DNA of 64,000 nt from a virus, in the IMG/VR virus record IMGVR_UViG_3300027987_000212, positions 32,001 to 96,000 of that record. One strand, given 5' to 3'. Of the stretch, positions 46,148-56,312 are shown piece after piece (within the stretch, counting starts at the first letter, position 1; each line of letters starts with the position of its first letter). The notes beneath the pieces were generated by a model. That model saw nothing but the letters and a program-made list of their open reading frames with translations, did no database searches and had not been told where the DNA came from. Position numbers and translations under genes: made by a program.

Positions 46148-49100
46148 TAACTACTGCCGCTGCCCGGGTCAGTGTACTGACCCGGGATGCTCACATCGGC
46201 CAGGTCTTCCGCTTCGGAGTAGTTGAAGTCAGCATCGGGCTCCTCGTAGGAAGCAATCAGTACTGATTGCTGTGCAGCCTCTTGTCTGTCCGTACGTCGT
46301 ACGGGTAGGTCACTGCGCTGCACATCACGGATGGCCTGCAGTGCCGCACCCAGGTAGCTAGACTCTTGGGGGGCCATGCCAAAAAAGTCCTGGAAGCGCC
46401 CCTCAAGTAATACCGCGGTAGCCTTGTCCGCGCCCTTCTGGCGAAAGGCAGCCAGCAATGTATCTACCTGCGGTACCGCCGCAGCGACATACCCAGCAAG
46501 GATACTTTCCAGGCTATCCTCCGGGTCTATGCTGACTGCCTCCGCTCCCACGATGGTGAGTACCCCCGCCAGGTTCAGTAATTGCGCCCGTACTGCGCTC
46601 ACATCAGCCGCCGTAGGGTTGGTGTTTGCTAGCAGAGGGTTCAGCAATCTCGAGAGCTCTCGGAAGAACGCCGGAGCATTCTGGGGCAATGCCAACCATT
46701 CGGTCAAGCGAGTGGCAAACTGGGCGTAGTTGTCCTGTTGTGTCTTTCGTATACGTACGAACGGCACCGACTCCGCTCCAAACAACAGTGACCCCTGCTC
46801 CACAGAGATAGCAGGGGTTACTTCTATGAGTAGCTGGCTTAACTCTAGCCCCACAACTGCATGCGTACTAGTTGGTGAGGCATAGGTGGTGCTGTGCACC
46901 TCAACGATATCACCCACCTCCAAGCCCTTGGGTGCAGAAGGCAGCTGCAAGTATGGGGTAGAGCCGAATACCGCAGGCGCAGGTGACGGAAACAGGATGG
47001 ATGACGCGCCCCCAACAACAAGCTCCAGTCCGGTATCTACGTCAGTACTAGTAGAGTAGAAGTCCACCCGAAACGAGCCAAGCGTCAAGTCAAAGAACGC
47101 AGGTAGGCCACCTAACGTTTGGTACACAACCAGCGGGCGGTCTACGGTAACTAGGAGAGGGTCTGTGTTAGCTGCAGTAGCAGCGTAGTCCCCCTGATTA
47201 ACACTCCCCTCAAGCACGCGCAGCGTGTCATCCCGCACAACTGCCAGAGCAGGGCCTACCTCTACCGTGGAGTCCGTACTGAGTGTAACCCCCACCGAGA
47301 AAGTAGCGACAAACGTGCCATCCCCTACGTTAGTCACCGTTCCGACCAACCCTATATCCGAGTAAGTAGCCGCTGTCCGCAGCACCACTTTGTCTCCTAC
47401 GACCACCTCGCTCAACGCACCATTGATTGTGCTCAGCAAAGTGAACACTGCAGACGTACCAGCGGTATAGCTAGCGCGACCGTACCATGTATGGAAGCCA
47501 ATCTGCAGCGGGTTTGTCGGCTCGCTACGCCCGCGCACTGTACTAGAGGGCACGAACACCGCAAGGGCCGACAAACGTGCTACACCAGCCACTTGTGCGC
47601 CAAAGTCCGTGTTCACTCCAGCAGCCACCTCAGCTGCCGTTGTTCTTCGGCAACGTACTTCTTGTAGCGGCGAAAAACCGAGTGCGTAGTACGCAGGGTC
47701 CGTTGTCTCTGGTAGACTTAGCTTACGACTCACCGCCAAACTAGTGGCTTCGTTCCCGTCACTGATGCGTATGCGCACATACCTACTAGCCGCACCCACC
47801 TCAACATTGATGTTAACCTCATCTGTCGGTGCAGGGCCAGCCAACTGGCTACAAGACAATGTCGTAGCGCTGACAGTCACTACAGCATAGACCGCCCCGT
47901 CATTGACGCTGCTGCCATCATTCACGACTACCTTGTTTCCTACCTGGACACCCAAGGCAGTCCAATCCTGCCCAGCAAGGGGAAACACGAAGTCCATGTC
48001 ATTCGCAGACCCTGTAGCGTCCAAGTCTACCAACCCAAAGAACTTCGTAGGATTGAAGTACGGCTCAGCTACTACAGGTTGTGTAGTAATGGCTGCGTTA
48101 ATCTGCGTAACGATACTTTCCACAGACACACCACTTGCCTGCGTCAGCAACAAGTCGATGTCCGAATACCCCTCTACAGAGATGACCAAGTGGTCGTTCC
48201 GGACAGCGCCTACGGGAGGTGGGTTGCTCGGACCCCAGATATCGTATGGCTCAACCCAAGTACCCTCCAACGCAGCAACATAGGACGCACGAAGGGACAA
48301 CGTTACAGCGGTACCCCCATCAACAGTAAAGCTGAGGGCAGTGTCGCCAGGTACCAGTACGTATGGGCCTAACGTTTGGCTCGGCAGTACAGCCGCGGTA
48401 GCGGGATGCGCACCATCTGCATAGACGGACCCCGTGCCGCTCAGCGGCACAAATGTCGTAACCTCTGGAGAAGCGCCGAAACCTTCGACGGTTGCGCGCC
48501 CCGCAAGTACGTCCAACGTGACCTCTCGAAGGATGCCAGGGCGCATAGCAGGCGTCAGTGCTTCGAGTTCCTCCACTCGAGTCTGCAGCACCTCACGCGC
48601 CTTGGTGATGACTGCGGCCGCTAGTAGTTGGCCTAAGTTCAGCGAAGTGTAGTCGGCAATGGCAACTGCAAGTAGTTCTGCCCGCCGTACCACCTCAGCA
48701 TGCTGTTCGGTTACAGAGCGCAGCAGCGTGGGTATCGCCGCACGCGCCTCCTGAGGGGTCTGCACGATGTTTTGACCAACCCGGATGCTTGACCCAACCT
48801 GGGACAAGTACCGGGTCACGTTCACGTCGTATCGTTTGAATGCGGGCACCTCACCCAACGCAGTGAACCCCGAAGTACGGGCAGCCGCCGCCGTCTCTAG
48901 CGCCCCTAGAGCTACCCGCGCATTGACCAAGGAAGTTAGGCTGTCTAGCGGGGCGACCCGCCTCGACGTAGACACCGCCGCATCGACTAACTCATCGACT
49001 AGGGTACTCAGTGCGGTCAACTCTTCGCTCAAGCGTCGCGTAGCTAAAAGAACGACGTAGTAGGGGGCAGCCGGCGTCAGTAGAAAGACACCAGCTGCCG

Positions 49101-49230
49101 CATCCTGCAGGTCGTTGAACGTAGTACCTGTTTCTCGATTACCCAGAACTCCGTACGGTTTCCGGATAGCATCCCGAACCAGCTTAGTAACCGCCGCTTC
49201 AATCTCGTCGCTTGTGTAGTTCTTAGCCAC
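46144..49230 (-). CDS. Large tail/baseplate-type structural protein (1028 aa)
   Basis: Shares FTVDGG...INAA module with baseplate proteins; own TGG-TAGAGT promoter 6 nt before GTG. Confidence 0.75.
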   Translation of the reverse strand: MAKNYTSDEIEAAVTKLVRDAIRKPYGVLGNRETGTTFNDLQDAAAGVFLLTPAAPYYVVLLATRRLSEELTALSTLVDELVDAAVSTSRRVAPLDSLTSLVNARVALGALETAAAARTSGFTALGEVPAFKRYDVNVTRYLSQVGSSIRVGQNIVQTPQEARAAIPTLLRSVTEQHAEVVRRAELLAVAIADYTSLNLGQLLAAAVITKAREVLQTRVEELEALTPAMRPGILREVTLDVLAGRATVEGFGASPEVTTFVPLSGTGSVYADGAHPATAAVLPSQTLGPYVLVPGDTALSFTVDGGTAVTLSLRASYVAALEGTWVEPYDIWGPSNPPPVGAVRNDHLVISVEGYSDIDLLLTQASGVSVESIVTQINAAITTQPVVAEPYFNPTKFFGLVDLDATGSANDMDFVFPLAGQDWTALGVQVGNKVVVNDGSSVNDGAVYAVVTVSATTLSCSQLAGPAPTDEVNINVEVGAASRYVRIRISDGNEATSLAVSRKLSLPETTDPAYYALGFSPLQEVRCRRTTAAEVAAGVNTDFGAQVAGVARLSALAVFVPSSTVRGRSEPTNPLQIGFHTWYGRASYTAGTSAVFTLLSTINGALSEVVVGDKVVLRTAATYSDIGLVGTVTNVGDGTFVATFSVGVTLSTDSTVEVGPALAVVRDDTLRVLEGSVNQGDYAATAANTDPLLVTVDRPLVVYQTLGGLPAFFDLTLGSFRVDFYSTSTDVDTGLELVVGGASSILFPSPAPAVFGSTPYLQLPSAPKGLEVGDIVEVHSTTYASPTSTHAVVGLELSQLLIEVTPAISVEQGSLLFGAESVPFVRIRKTQQDNYAQFATRLTEWLALPQNAPAFFRELSRLLNPLLANTNPTAADVSAVRAQLLNLAGVLTIVGAEAVSIDPEDSLESILAGYVAAAVPQVDTLLAAFRQKGADKATAVLLEGRFQDFFGMAPQESSYLGAALQAIRDVQRSDLPVRRTDRQEAAQQSVLIASYEEPDADFNYSEAEDLADVSIPGQYTDPGSGSSY

Positions 49231-49236
49231 AAGGCC

Positions 49237-49245
49237 ACTCTACCA
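49237..49245 (-). promoter_or_regulatory. Class B extended -10 (TGG TAGAGT), leaderless
   Basis: 6 nt before GTG 49230; identical CGTGGTAGAGTG also at 19554-19565. Confidence 0.6.
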
Positions 49246-49249
49246 CGAG

Positions 49250-50401
49250 TCACCTATCACTGGGATGGCGAATCTCGAGCCCAACTGGGTAGTGCGGGAC
49301 ACCATCATTGGTCCAGTCAAAGAACTTCACCTTCAGCCACTTACCTACTGAGTTGGGGGCCGCCGCCAAGAGTGCTGCCCGTTCGGCGTCCGTACCCTTC
49401 GGGGCGCACCAGAACTCTGCCCCAGCCTCTGTACGGCACTTGAAGAGGGGCACGTTCTCGAACTTTCCCTTACCCACATCGTGCCCGACAATCAAGAACT
49501 CGGCATCCTGCCAGTGCTTCATCTTCAACAAGCAGTCACTTCGATACCCAAACCGGTAGGGGTCCTTATCGTAGCGGATGATTGCTCCCTCAAAACCAAG
49601 AGAGACAAAGTGCGCGTGCGCCGCACGCGCTGCCGCCTCGTCTTGGATTGACACCTCTTCCACTTGGCGTACCGATACCATGTGGCGAATGTTCTGCGCG
49701 AAGAAGTTGTGGCGATGTGCTCTACGCTCTGTCCAAAGCATGTCGTGCGGCCTACCTAGCTCAGCATGAGTGGCAGCATCGTACACGTTGTAGGTTAGCA
49801 TCAGCGAGTCCTCCTGCGGACGCCTCACATAGGAATTCAGCACCTGAAGACTGACCCCGTGAATGTACAGTTCCCCATCGAGCATGAGGTTATCCGGAAG
49901 TACCCTCTCCAGCTCCTCCATCACGTGCTGCACAACGTAGGGGTCTCCGCCACGCGACTGCAGAAATACCCGACCCTCCTTACGGTATGCGAGACAGCGC
50001 AACCCGTCCAGCTTCGGCTGAGCATGAGCTGGGTAGCGAACCTTGTGCCCATGGTCGTCGAAACTCTTCGCCAGCATAGGCTTCAAGTTCAACGTAGTGA
50101 GCACCTTACTTCGCTCTGGGGAGTACTTCTTCTTCACCTGTTTCTTCCACAGGGCGATGGCTTCCAGCCGCGCCTGCTCGACTACCGTCGTCTCGTTGCT
50201 CCTACCTATGTTCTTCGCCTTCACCGCAAACCGAGACGACTGCATCGCCCCGTCCTCTTGTCCCCACGATACGCACACGTAACTGGCTGCCGCTTCATTC
50301 GTCACCCAGCAAATCCACACGTTGACTGCCCCCGTAGCTGTCTTGGAGTACAGCGTAGGTAAGCAACCCAATCCATCCCATGTATCCACATCTTGCATCA
50401 C
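49250..50401 (-). CDS. lig: ATP-dependent DNA ligase with WGR-like N-terminal domain
   Basis: AQPKLDGLRC (KxDG), LDGELY, FEGAIIR, LLKMK, OB-fold tail. Confidence 0.93.
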   Translation of the reverse strand: MMQDVDTWDGLGCLPTLYSKTATGAVNVWICWVTNEAAASYVCVSWGQEDGAMQSSRFAVKAKNIGRSNETTVVEQARLEAIALWKKQVKKKYSPERSKVLTTLNLKPMLAKSFDDHGHKVRYPAHAQPKLDGLRCLAYRKEGRVFLQSRGGDPYVVQHVMEELERVLPDNLMLDGELYIHGVSLQVLNSYVRRPQEDSLMLTYNVYDAATHAELGRPHDMLWTERRAHRHNFFAQNIRHMVSVRQVEEVSIQDEAAARAAHAHFVSLGFEGAIIRYDKDPYRFGYRSDCLLKMKHWQDAEFLIVGHDVGKGKFENVPLFKCRTEAGAEFWCAPKGTDAERAALLAAAPNSVGKWLKVKFFDWTNDGVPHYPVGLEIRHPSDR

Positions 50402-50814
50402 TTCACCTCGAATAGCTCACTCTTGGCAGTCCCAAGACGTATGGCCACCAACGCCTGCTCGAGGGTCATACCACCGTCCATGAACACAACTACGGCACTA
50501 CGTATAGCCAACTGAAAGCCTGCAAGCAACACCCCTAAGTCAAGCTCTTGACCATGTCGGTCAAACTGCTGCACCGCTGTATCCAACAGCGTTGAGGCTA
50601 GGCTAGCCACCAACTTATCCGTAACTTCTTGCTGGCTCAGTCTAGCTCGTTCAGCCCGTTGTCGAGCTCTGTCTGCCAAGTTTACTACGGCACCATCGTC
50701 TCCATGTGACACGATTGAAACCTCGACTGAAGGGGGTAAACACCTCGAGCACGGCAGCTTCGCACAGCGCTTCCTGGCGAACACTCCGGTCCTCACTACA
50801 CAATGCCGCTTCAA
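50398..50814 (-). CDS. Hypothetical protein (true start probably near GTG 50712)
   Basis: C-terminal 105 aa are helical and protein-like; GTGA coupling to ligase. Confidence 0.55.
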   Translation of the reverse strand: MKRHCVVRTGVFARKRCAKLPCSRCLPPSVEVSIVSHGDDGAVVNLADRARQRAERARLSQQEVTDKLVASLASTLLDTAVQQFDRHGQELDLGVLLAGFQLAIRSAVVVFMDGGMTLEQALVAIRLGTAKSELFEVK

Positions 50815-50875
50815 ACCAACTGCACCAACTAGTGTGCGCGTACCGATGGAGTCGCAACGTAACGCGGGCTAGCAT
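50651..50875 (-). CDS. Possible small hypothetical protein
   Basis: Starts at end of nucleotidase gene; overlaps previous ORF. Confidence 0.35.
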   Translation of the reverse strand: MLARVTLRLHRYAHTSWCSWFEAALCSEDRSVRQEALCEAAVLEVFTPFSRGFNRVTWRRWCRSKLGRQSSTTG

Positions 50876-51438
50876 ACACGCTTGACCTGCTCAATGACCT
50901 CCTCCCACGAGGCGACTTGTTGTCCGGGGTACCCCTCTTGATTGTAGCTAGTACTCCAACACAGCGGCAAGTTGGGTACTCCCCACATGTTCATCTGATA
51001 GGACCACTGGACGAGGTGCTCCACCTTGTCGTCAACAAGCACACGCCCGCACACTGCTTTCTTGTTGTGGGTAAACACCGTCCTTTCGGCTACCGTCCTT
51101 CCAAAGAGCTTACGTAGCCAACATGTCCTGTCGAACACCCACGTCGGTGACTCATCAAATGGCGCGGTGACGAAGACCACCTCAGCCAAGGCTTCTAGCT
51201 TCGGCACCGCTTCCAGAGCACCTGGTAAAGGCTCCAAGCATTGGGCCATCCCGGGCATGCCGAGCACTTCCCACAGTTCTGCGGTTTCCTCCTTGGTTAG
51301 GGCCATAGAGGCAGCTACATCCCAAACTCCATGCTCGCTCGGCTCCGGAAGGTCACGACTGAACAACTCCTTAGCCACGCTCCACGCACGTCCACGAAAA
51401 TCACACACTACATCATCGACATCCAGCAATACACGCAT
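50869..51438 (-). CDS. HAD-family 5'(3')-deoxyribonucleotidase (NT5C-like)
   Basis: LLDVDDVVCDF, FVTAP, LVDDK; GGAGG SD before ATG 51438. Confidence 0.9.
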   Translation of the reverse strand: MRVLLDVDDVVCDFRGRAWSVAKELFSRDLPEPSEHGVWDVAASMALTKEETAELWEVLGMPGMAQCLEPLPGALEAVPKLEALAEVVFVTAPFDESPTWVFDRTCWLRKLFGRTVAERTVFTHNKKAVCGRVLVDDKVEHLVQWSYQMNMWGVPNLPLCWSTSYNQEGYPGQQVASWEEVIEQVKRVC

Positions 51439-51464
51439 AGGCACCTCCAAGTTGCTCAAGGTTC

Positions 51465-51626
51465 TTATCTCCCACCACCGCGCGGACTACCAAGGCCCTT
51501 AACGGTCACCGCTAGTGATGCAGCCGCCAGTAGCACAAATGCCCCAAATACTTTGTGCGGGTACGTTACGGCAGCCAGCCCAACCCACAGTAAGATACCC
51601 AAACCTTCACCTACGTAACGCAGCAT
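51465..51626 (-). CDS. Small two-TM membrane protein
   Basis: GAGG SD before ATG 51626; two hydrophobic helices. Confidence 0.55.
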   Translation of the reverse strand: MLRYVGEGLGILLWVGLAAVTYPHKVFGAFVLLAAASLAVTVKGLGSPRGGGR

Positions 51627-51671
51627 ATTTGCCTCAAAATCGGAGATAACAGTACTGAGGAGAAACCAACA

Positions 51672-52592
51672 ATGAAGACCAAATACTACAGTCAAGCAGC
51701 TCTAGTCATCATTCTTATCGCCTGCGGCGGAGCTAAAGTAGAGTGGGCACCAGACGCAGCTGCGCAAAACGAGCCAGACATGGAACAACCGGAAGGCGCA
51801 ACCACCTCTACGGAGGCCTGCATGTGTGAGCAAGGCCCGCAAGGTGAACGAGGCCCTCAAGGTGCCCTCGGCCCTACTGGCCCACGAGGCCCTCGGGGCT
51901 CAGTTGGAGCCCCTGGAAGTGCCGGCCCTACTGGCCCACGAGGCCCCCAGGGGGTCCAAGGCCCCGTCGGTGAGCGGGGCGAGAAGGGCGATGTAGGCGC
52001 CAGAGGTGAGCAGGGCATACGAGGCGCAACTGGCCCCATTGGCCCTGCTGGTACGTCTGCGGTATGCTCCCCCAACACGGACGAATGCCCCCCGGGTGTC
52101 CCAGGAGCTAACGGGGTGGATGGTGTCGACGGTGTGGATGGTGTCGACGGGTCCAGCTGCTCTGTCACCGGAGGGGGCACCAGCGCAACCGTAACTTGTA
52201 CGGACGGTACTACGGCAACCCTGACTGCCCCTCAAGGAGCTCAGGGCGTCGAAGGCCCTGCTGGTCCTGCCGGGGTGGTTGGTCCTACCGGGTCGACTGG
52301 CCCCAAGGGCGACAAAGGTGACCCGGGCGCCGACGCCACCTTCAACCCTAGTAGCATCTACGAAGTGTTTGTCGATGGCACTGCCGGACGCGCAGCAAGC
52401 AGCGTCTACGCTTCATGCGACCCCGGCGACATGGTACTCACTGGACGGTGCAAGAGCTTCGGCCTTGCCCTTCGAGAAACCGGGGCCGGGATGGACACCG
52501 ACGGCACCGGAGTCTGGAACTGCGACAACGGGGACAAGAACACTCGACTCACTGTGTTCGCCTATTGCATTGACACCAACGGAGACCACTGA
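51672..52592 (+). CDS. Collagen-like lipoprotein with Cys-rich C-terminal domain
   Basis: Lipobox ILIAC-GG; three Gly-X-Y blocks; ASCDPGDMVLTGRC. Confidence 0.88.
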   Translation: MKTKYYSQAALVIILIACGGAKVEWAPDAAAQNEPDMEQPEGATTSTEACMCEQGPQGERGPQGALGPTGPRGPRGSVGAPGSAGPTGPRGPQGVQGPVGERGEKGDVGARGEQGIRGATGPIGPAGTSAVCSPNTDECPPGVPGANGVDGVDGVDGVDGSSCSVTGGGTSATVTCTDGTTATLTAPQGAQGVEGPAGPAGVVGPTGSTGPKGDKGDPGADATFNPSSIYEVFVDGTAGRAASSVYASCDPGDMVLTGRCKSFGLALRETGAGMDTDGTGVWNCDNGDKNTRLTVFAYCIDTNGDH

Positions 52593-52849
52593 TGACCAAG
52601 CTACTAATACTCTGCAGCCTACTCGCCAGCGCATGCACAGTGAACATTTATGAGCGCAAGACGAGCTACCCTGATTCCACGCAGTACGAGAAGGAAGAGT
52701 CACCACGGTACTACCGTACTGTGTACATGCCTCAACCCGTGTATACGCCACAAGTCGTCGTAGTGCAGCAAAGAACATGGCACCGTAAAGTAGGACCGGT
52801 TCGACTACGTGCTCAAACCACCGTAGTTCAAACTCGAGATTGCCTGTAA
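52592..52849 (+). CDS. Small lipoprotein
   Basis: MTKLLILCSLLASAC lipobox; TGATG coupling. Confidence 0.75.
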   Translation: MTKLLILCSLLASACTVNIYERKTSYPDSTQYEKEESPRYYRTVYMPQPVYTPQVVVVQQRTWHRKVGPVRLRAQTTVVQTRDCL

Positions 52850-52854
52850 GCGGG

Positions 52855-52882
52855 AGGGGAACAGGGTAACCTGTTTCTCTTT
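52855..52882. terminator. Hairpin terminator between convergent genes
   Basis: AGGGGAACAGG-GTAA-CCTGTTTCTCT-TT. Confidence 0.65.
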
Positions 52883-52884
52883 AG

Positions 52885-53694
52885 CTACGCCATGTACTCT
52901 GGGATGTACGAGGTATACCCAGCGTACACTCGTGCATCGTCACTCGTAGCCTCATCTAGAGTATTGAGGTCAATGTCCACCATGACCCCATGCTCCTCGA
53001 TGCTTACCCCCTCGTCGCGCGTGCGCCGTCTTCGTCGTTCCGCAGGACGACCAGCAAACATGATGGACTGCACCGTCATCTGACGTGCACGCTCCCGCAC
53101 AACGTCTGGGTCCAGCCCCACGACATCGCAGATTGACAAGAACGAGGTCAAAGAGCGCCCACCCCGCACGAGGTACTCTTCTCCTTCGATGAGAAACAGC
53201 GCGCGGTGCCGCTCTTCCCAGTCCGGATGCCCAGGACACTCCTCGAACAGCCACACGTAAGCATTGTGCGCCAGTACCTTCAGCGCTGGCTTCTCGTGTT
53301 GTCGGTACAGTACCCAGTCATGTACTGCACGACGTACAACTTCCAAGAGCAACGCGCGGCAGTTACCCGCTTCTACCAAAGGGTCATCCGCCAAGAGCTC
53401 CAGGGACTCGTCTGCGACCTTTAGCGGTTCTGGTATCTTCAAGCGTGTCTCAGAGGTCGCACCCTTTTTTCTGCTCTTGTTGGGAGTGCGTGGTTTACGT
53501 GGGCGTCTCTCAGGTAGGTACTCGACAGGTAACGCGGGCATTGGTGTGCCCATTACTGCGTAAGCAGCACGCAACGTTGCTACCCCCTGCTTCAGAGCTC
53601 GAGAGCACTTCACCAAGTGTTTGAACTGCGCCAAAGTATCGAGCGCAGCACGCGTTGTGTCCACCACAGCGAGTGCTACCTCCACGCGGCTCAT
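52885..53694 (-). CDS. Hypothetical phage protein, possible transcription regulator
   Basis: LLEVVRRAVHDW...AYVWLF...SFLSICDVVGLDPDVVR motif seen in phage proteins. Confidence 0.7.
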   Translation of the reverse strand: MSRVEVALAVVDTTRAALDTLAQFKHLVKCSRALKQGVATLRAAYAVMGTPMPALPVEYLPERRPRKPRTPNKSRKKGATSETRLKIPEPLKVADESLELLADDPLVEAGNCRALLLEVVRRAVHDWVLYRQHEKPALKVLAHNAYVWLFEECPGHPDWEERHRALFLIEGEEYLVRGGRSLTSFLSICDVVGLDPDVVRERARQMTVQSIMFAGRPAERRRRRTRDEGVSIEEHGVMVDIDLNTLDEATSDDARVYAGYTSYIPEYMA

Positions 53695-54575
53695 GCAACC
53701 ACCAGCGCAAACGTGGGCAAACCGGGCTCAGGTATACGAATGATAGTGGTATCCTTGCGCGTAGCCACCAAGTACGTACTACCTGCTACAAGACCAGAGA
53801 TAGTAAGCTGCTCCGCCCCAATAGCTACTGAGGCAATACTCGTATCGGCAACCGTCCAGTTGACGTCGTCACTTGCGGTACCCATCAAGGGTACTCCCGA
53901 AGAAGCCAGAACGGTGGGCGTCACTACCAGCTGCCCCCCGACCGGCACACTGAGTGGGGCGCCAACGTCCAACTGTACGTCGCTCACCACAGGAAACAGC
54001 AAGTCCGGCAAGTTCGCACTGGCTAGGTCTGGAACACGGACGCAACGCGTAGGCGTGGCCTCCATCGATTCAACATTCGCGTTGTAGATGCCTCCACGAA
54101 TCAGGTCGAGTTCCACCCACCCGTTCTCATCCGTGCGCACACGAATACCGCCAGAGACTACGCCAGCCCCCTCTAAGAGAATGGGGTCGAACTCCGCAGA
54201 GAAGCTGAGGTCCAGGTACTTCTTCGGGCCGCCGTTCAACTCGCGGAAGTACCCCGAGCAGCGGCATAGCCGCGCGTCAGTTGCCGCAGGCTGCCCCATT
54301 ACCTCGCCCACAAAGTCAAACGTATATGGCGGAGAGTTGAGTGCCTGTGCTGCAATCGTCATCAACTGCGGCTGCACGAACCGCGTGCCGAATCGGTAGA
54401 ACCGTACCGTGAATGACCCGACAGGCAACAACAGCGCAGCACGCCCCGTTGTGTCCGTGGTACCCTCTGTGTACTGCACCGTACCTGCGGCGTCGTAAAC
54501 ACGAACTAGGACCCCGCTCAATGGGAGGTCCAGCGGGTTTGAGCGCACGTAAACGTCGACTGCCTCCCAGGCCAT
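53691..54575 (-). CDS. Structural protein with transthyretin/Cna-B-like and Ig (Big_2) domains
   Basis: PLSGVLVRVYD...GTTDTTGRA; VNWTVADTSIASV. Confidence 0.75.
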   Translation of the reverse strand: MAWEAVDVYVRSNPLDLPLSGVLVRVYDAAGTVQYTEGTTDTTGRAALLLPVGSFTVRFYRFGTRFVQPQLMTIAAQALNSPPYTFDFVGEVMGQPAATDARLCRCSGYFRELNGGPKKYLDLSFSAEFDPILLEGAGVVSGGIRVRTDENGWVELDLIRGGIYNANVESMEATPTRCVRVPDLASANLPDLLFPVVSDVQLDVGAPLSVPVGGQLVVTPTVLASSGVPLMGTASDDVNWTVADTSIASVAIGAEQLTISGLVAGSTYLVATRKDTTIIRIPEPGLPTFALVVA

Positions 54576-54631
54576 GCTGCCAGAAGGGTGCTAGAACCAG
54601 CGCCCGTTGTCTAGCTCATTGTGGGCGTGCA

Positions 54632-55666
54632 TCAGAGGCTACGGCGTTCTGCCACCACCAAGTCTGGCACCACCGCTTTGAACACGTCAGGTGTAGTACC
54701 TTGCGCGGCACTCAGAATATCGAAGCTCGTCACAGCCGCATCCGTCGGCGTGGTGAACTCCCGGTACAGCGCAGTGCCCGGTATGGAAAGAGAAAAACGC
54801 TGCCCACGCAGAAGGGTGAACGTGGCGAGGCCCGCCGCATCGGTAGCTCGAACGACGGCACCGCCGGAGACCGCGTAGCCATCGACCACCACGCCCGTGA
54901 ACGCCGCATGCACCTGCACCTTTCGTCCCACAACGGGTCGACCCTCCGGGGTCACCAGGCGCACTGTTCCATACACCAAGTTCTCCGCCGCGACGGCCGA
55001 AGCCTGGCTGCCGGGAACCACGGCGGAGTAGCCGCTGTAGAGCCCGCTGGCTGCGTTGAGGAAGCGTGTCCTGTAGAAGTAGCCCAGCGACCCGCGCGGG
55101 TCGCGAAACACATACACGCCCTGTCCTGGAACCAGTTGCGGGCGTGCCTCCTCCCCGTAGTCCCGACTATTCGGCGCCTGAACGGGTAGCGCAAGGACTG
55201 GGGCCGCGTCGCCGCCAAGCACCTCGAGCGACGCGGCCAACCCGACGGCCGATGTCTCTACGACAAAAAGGCCTGCGGCGTCCACGTACGCAAGAATCTT
55301 GCCCAATCCCTGCGCCGTCACCTGCGCCGCCGCCTCCGCAAACGTCAGGGGGTCTGCACCAGTGAACGTGACCGTCAGCTCGTCCGTCCCCACAGCAAAC
55401 TCCAGGCTCTTACTCGAAAGGGCTGCGCTAGCCCCCGTGACCGGCGCACTCGGTTGGTCACCTCCGTACTTGGGTAGCCTCGCAGGGCGCGCGGTAACCG
55501 CGGTAAGTTCTTCGTAAGGACCCACCGCTTCGAGCTCAGCTCGAAACACCTGCAAGCGGTCGTACTTGCCTGCCCACTCTTGGTCATCCACCAGGATTTG
55601 CAGAGAGAGGTCTCGTTCATCTGAAACGTCGGGGGCTTCCTGCGTAGAAACTAGGATGGTAGTCAC
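54632..55666 (-). CDS. Probable structural protein
   Basis: Beta-rich; shares LEFAVG...TFAEAAAQV module; AGG-TAGAAT 6 nt before GTG. Confidence 0.75.
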   Translation of the reverse strand: MTTILVSTQEAPDVSDERDLSLQILVDDQEWAGKYDRLQVFRAELEAVGPYEELTAVTARPARLPKYGGDQPSAPVTGASAALSSKSLEFAVGTDELTVTFTGADPLTFAEAAAQVTAQGLGKILAYVDAAGLFVVETSAVGLAASLEVLGGDAAPVLALPVQAPNSRDYGEEARPQLVPGQGVYVFRDPRGSLGYFYRTRFLNAASGLYSGYSAVVPGSQASAVAAENLVYGTVRLVTPEGRPVVGRKVQVHAAFTGVVVDGYAVSGGAVVRATDAAGLATFTLLRGQRFSLSIPGTALYREFTTPTDAAVTSFDILSAAQGTTPDVFKAVVPDLVVAERRSL

Positions 55667-55692
55667 CCACCCATTCTACCTCGTTCGTGGCG

Positions 55693-56067
55693 TCAGCCAG
55701 TAGCCGCTGGCGAAGTTGCCGTAGCTATTGGCAAGATGACGCCATCCTCTTCGCGCACCTGCTCCTTGGTGAAGTCGATACCATATCGAGCCGCCAAGTC
55801 ATCACGCAATGCAAGTAACTCCTTTGTAGCTGCCTGCACCGCACCTTCTTGCTCTTGTACCTGCTGCAGCAGCTCCTGCACCCTATGTTGCGCTGCTTGC
55901 AGCTCCAACAATTTATTGATGTGCTTGTAGTGCGCGTTCATCACGCGCAGTAAGTCCACTTCAGAAATTCTTCGTGGAGTAGAGGCTATGGGTACCGCGT
56001 CGGCATGCGCTGCCTCGTAAGACGGCTCTACGGGCCCCACCTCAAGTGCATCGGTTGAAGACATCAT
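55693..56067 (-). CDS. Coiled-coil hypothetical protein
   Basis: Q/L/E heptads; ATGA coupling. Confidence 0.7.
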   Translation of the reverse strand: MMSSTDALEVGPVEPSYEAAHADAVPIASTPRRISEVDLLRVMNAHYKHINKLLELQAAQHRVQELLQQVQEQEGAVQAATKELLALRDDLAARYGIDFTKEQVREEDGVILPIATATSPAATG

Positions 56068-56282
56068 TCACCTACCAAAAATTCGTTAATCTTGTCCACT
56101 GTCAGCGCCGAAGCCGACTCCACGGATTCCTGCGCCAATCTTTCTGACCCAGTGCGCCCACGCAGGAGCCTTCTACCAAAGGCTACCTGAGTATTCAACG
56201 CCTTACGCCTAGCTGTGGCCCAATCCCCCACTGCTTGGGCCAACGCATCTAGCCGAGCGTCACGTGCTTCTTTCGAGGCCAT
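56064..56282 (-). CDS. Small helical hypothetical protein
   Basis: TACACT 6 nt before ATG; GTGACA 16 nt further upstream. Confidence 0.7.
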   Translation of the reverse strand: MASKEARDARLDALAQAVGDWATARRKALNTQVAFGRRLLRGRTGSERLAQESVESASALTVDKINEFLVGE

Positions 56283-56312
56283 CGCCTAAGTGTACGCGTA
56301 CTCGAGGAGCTG

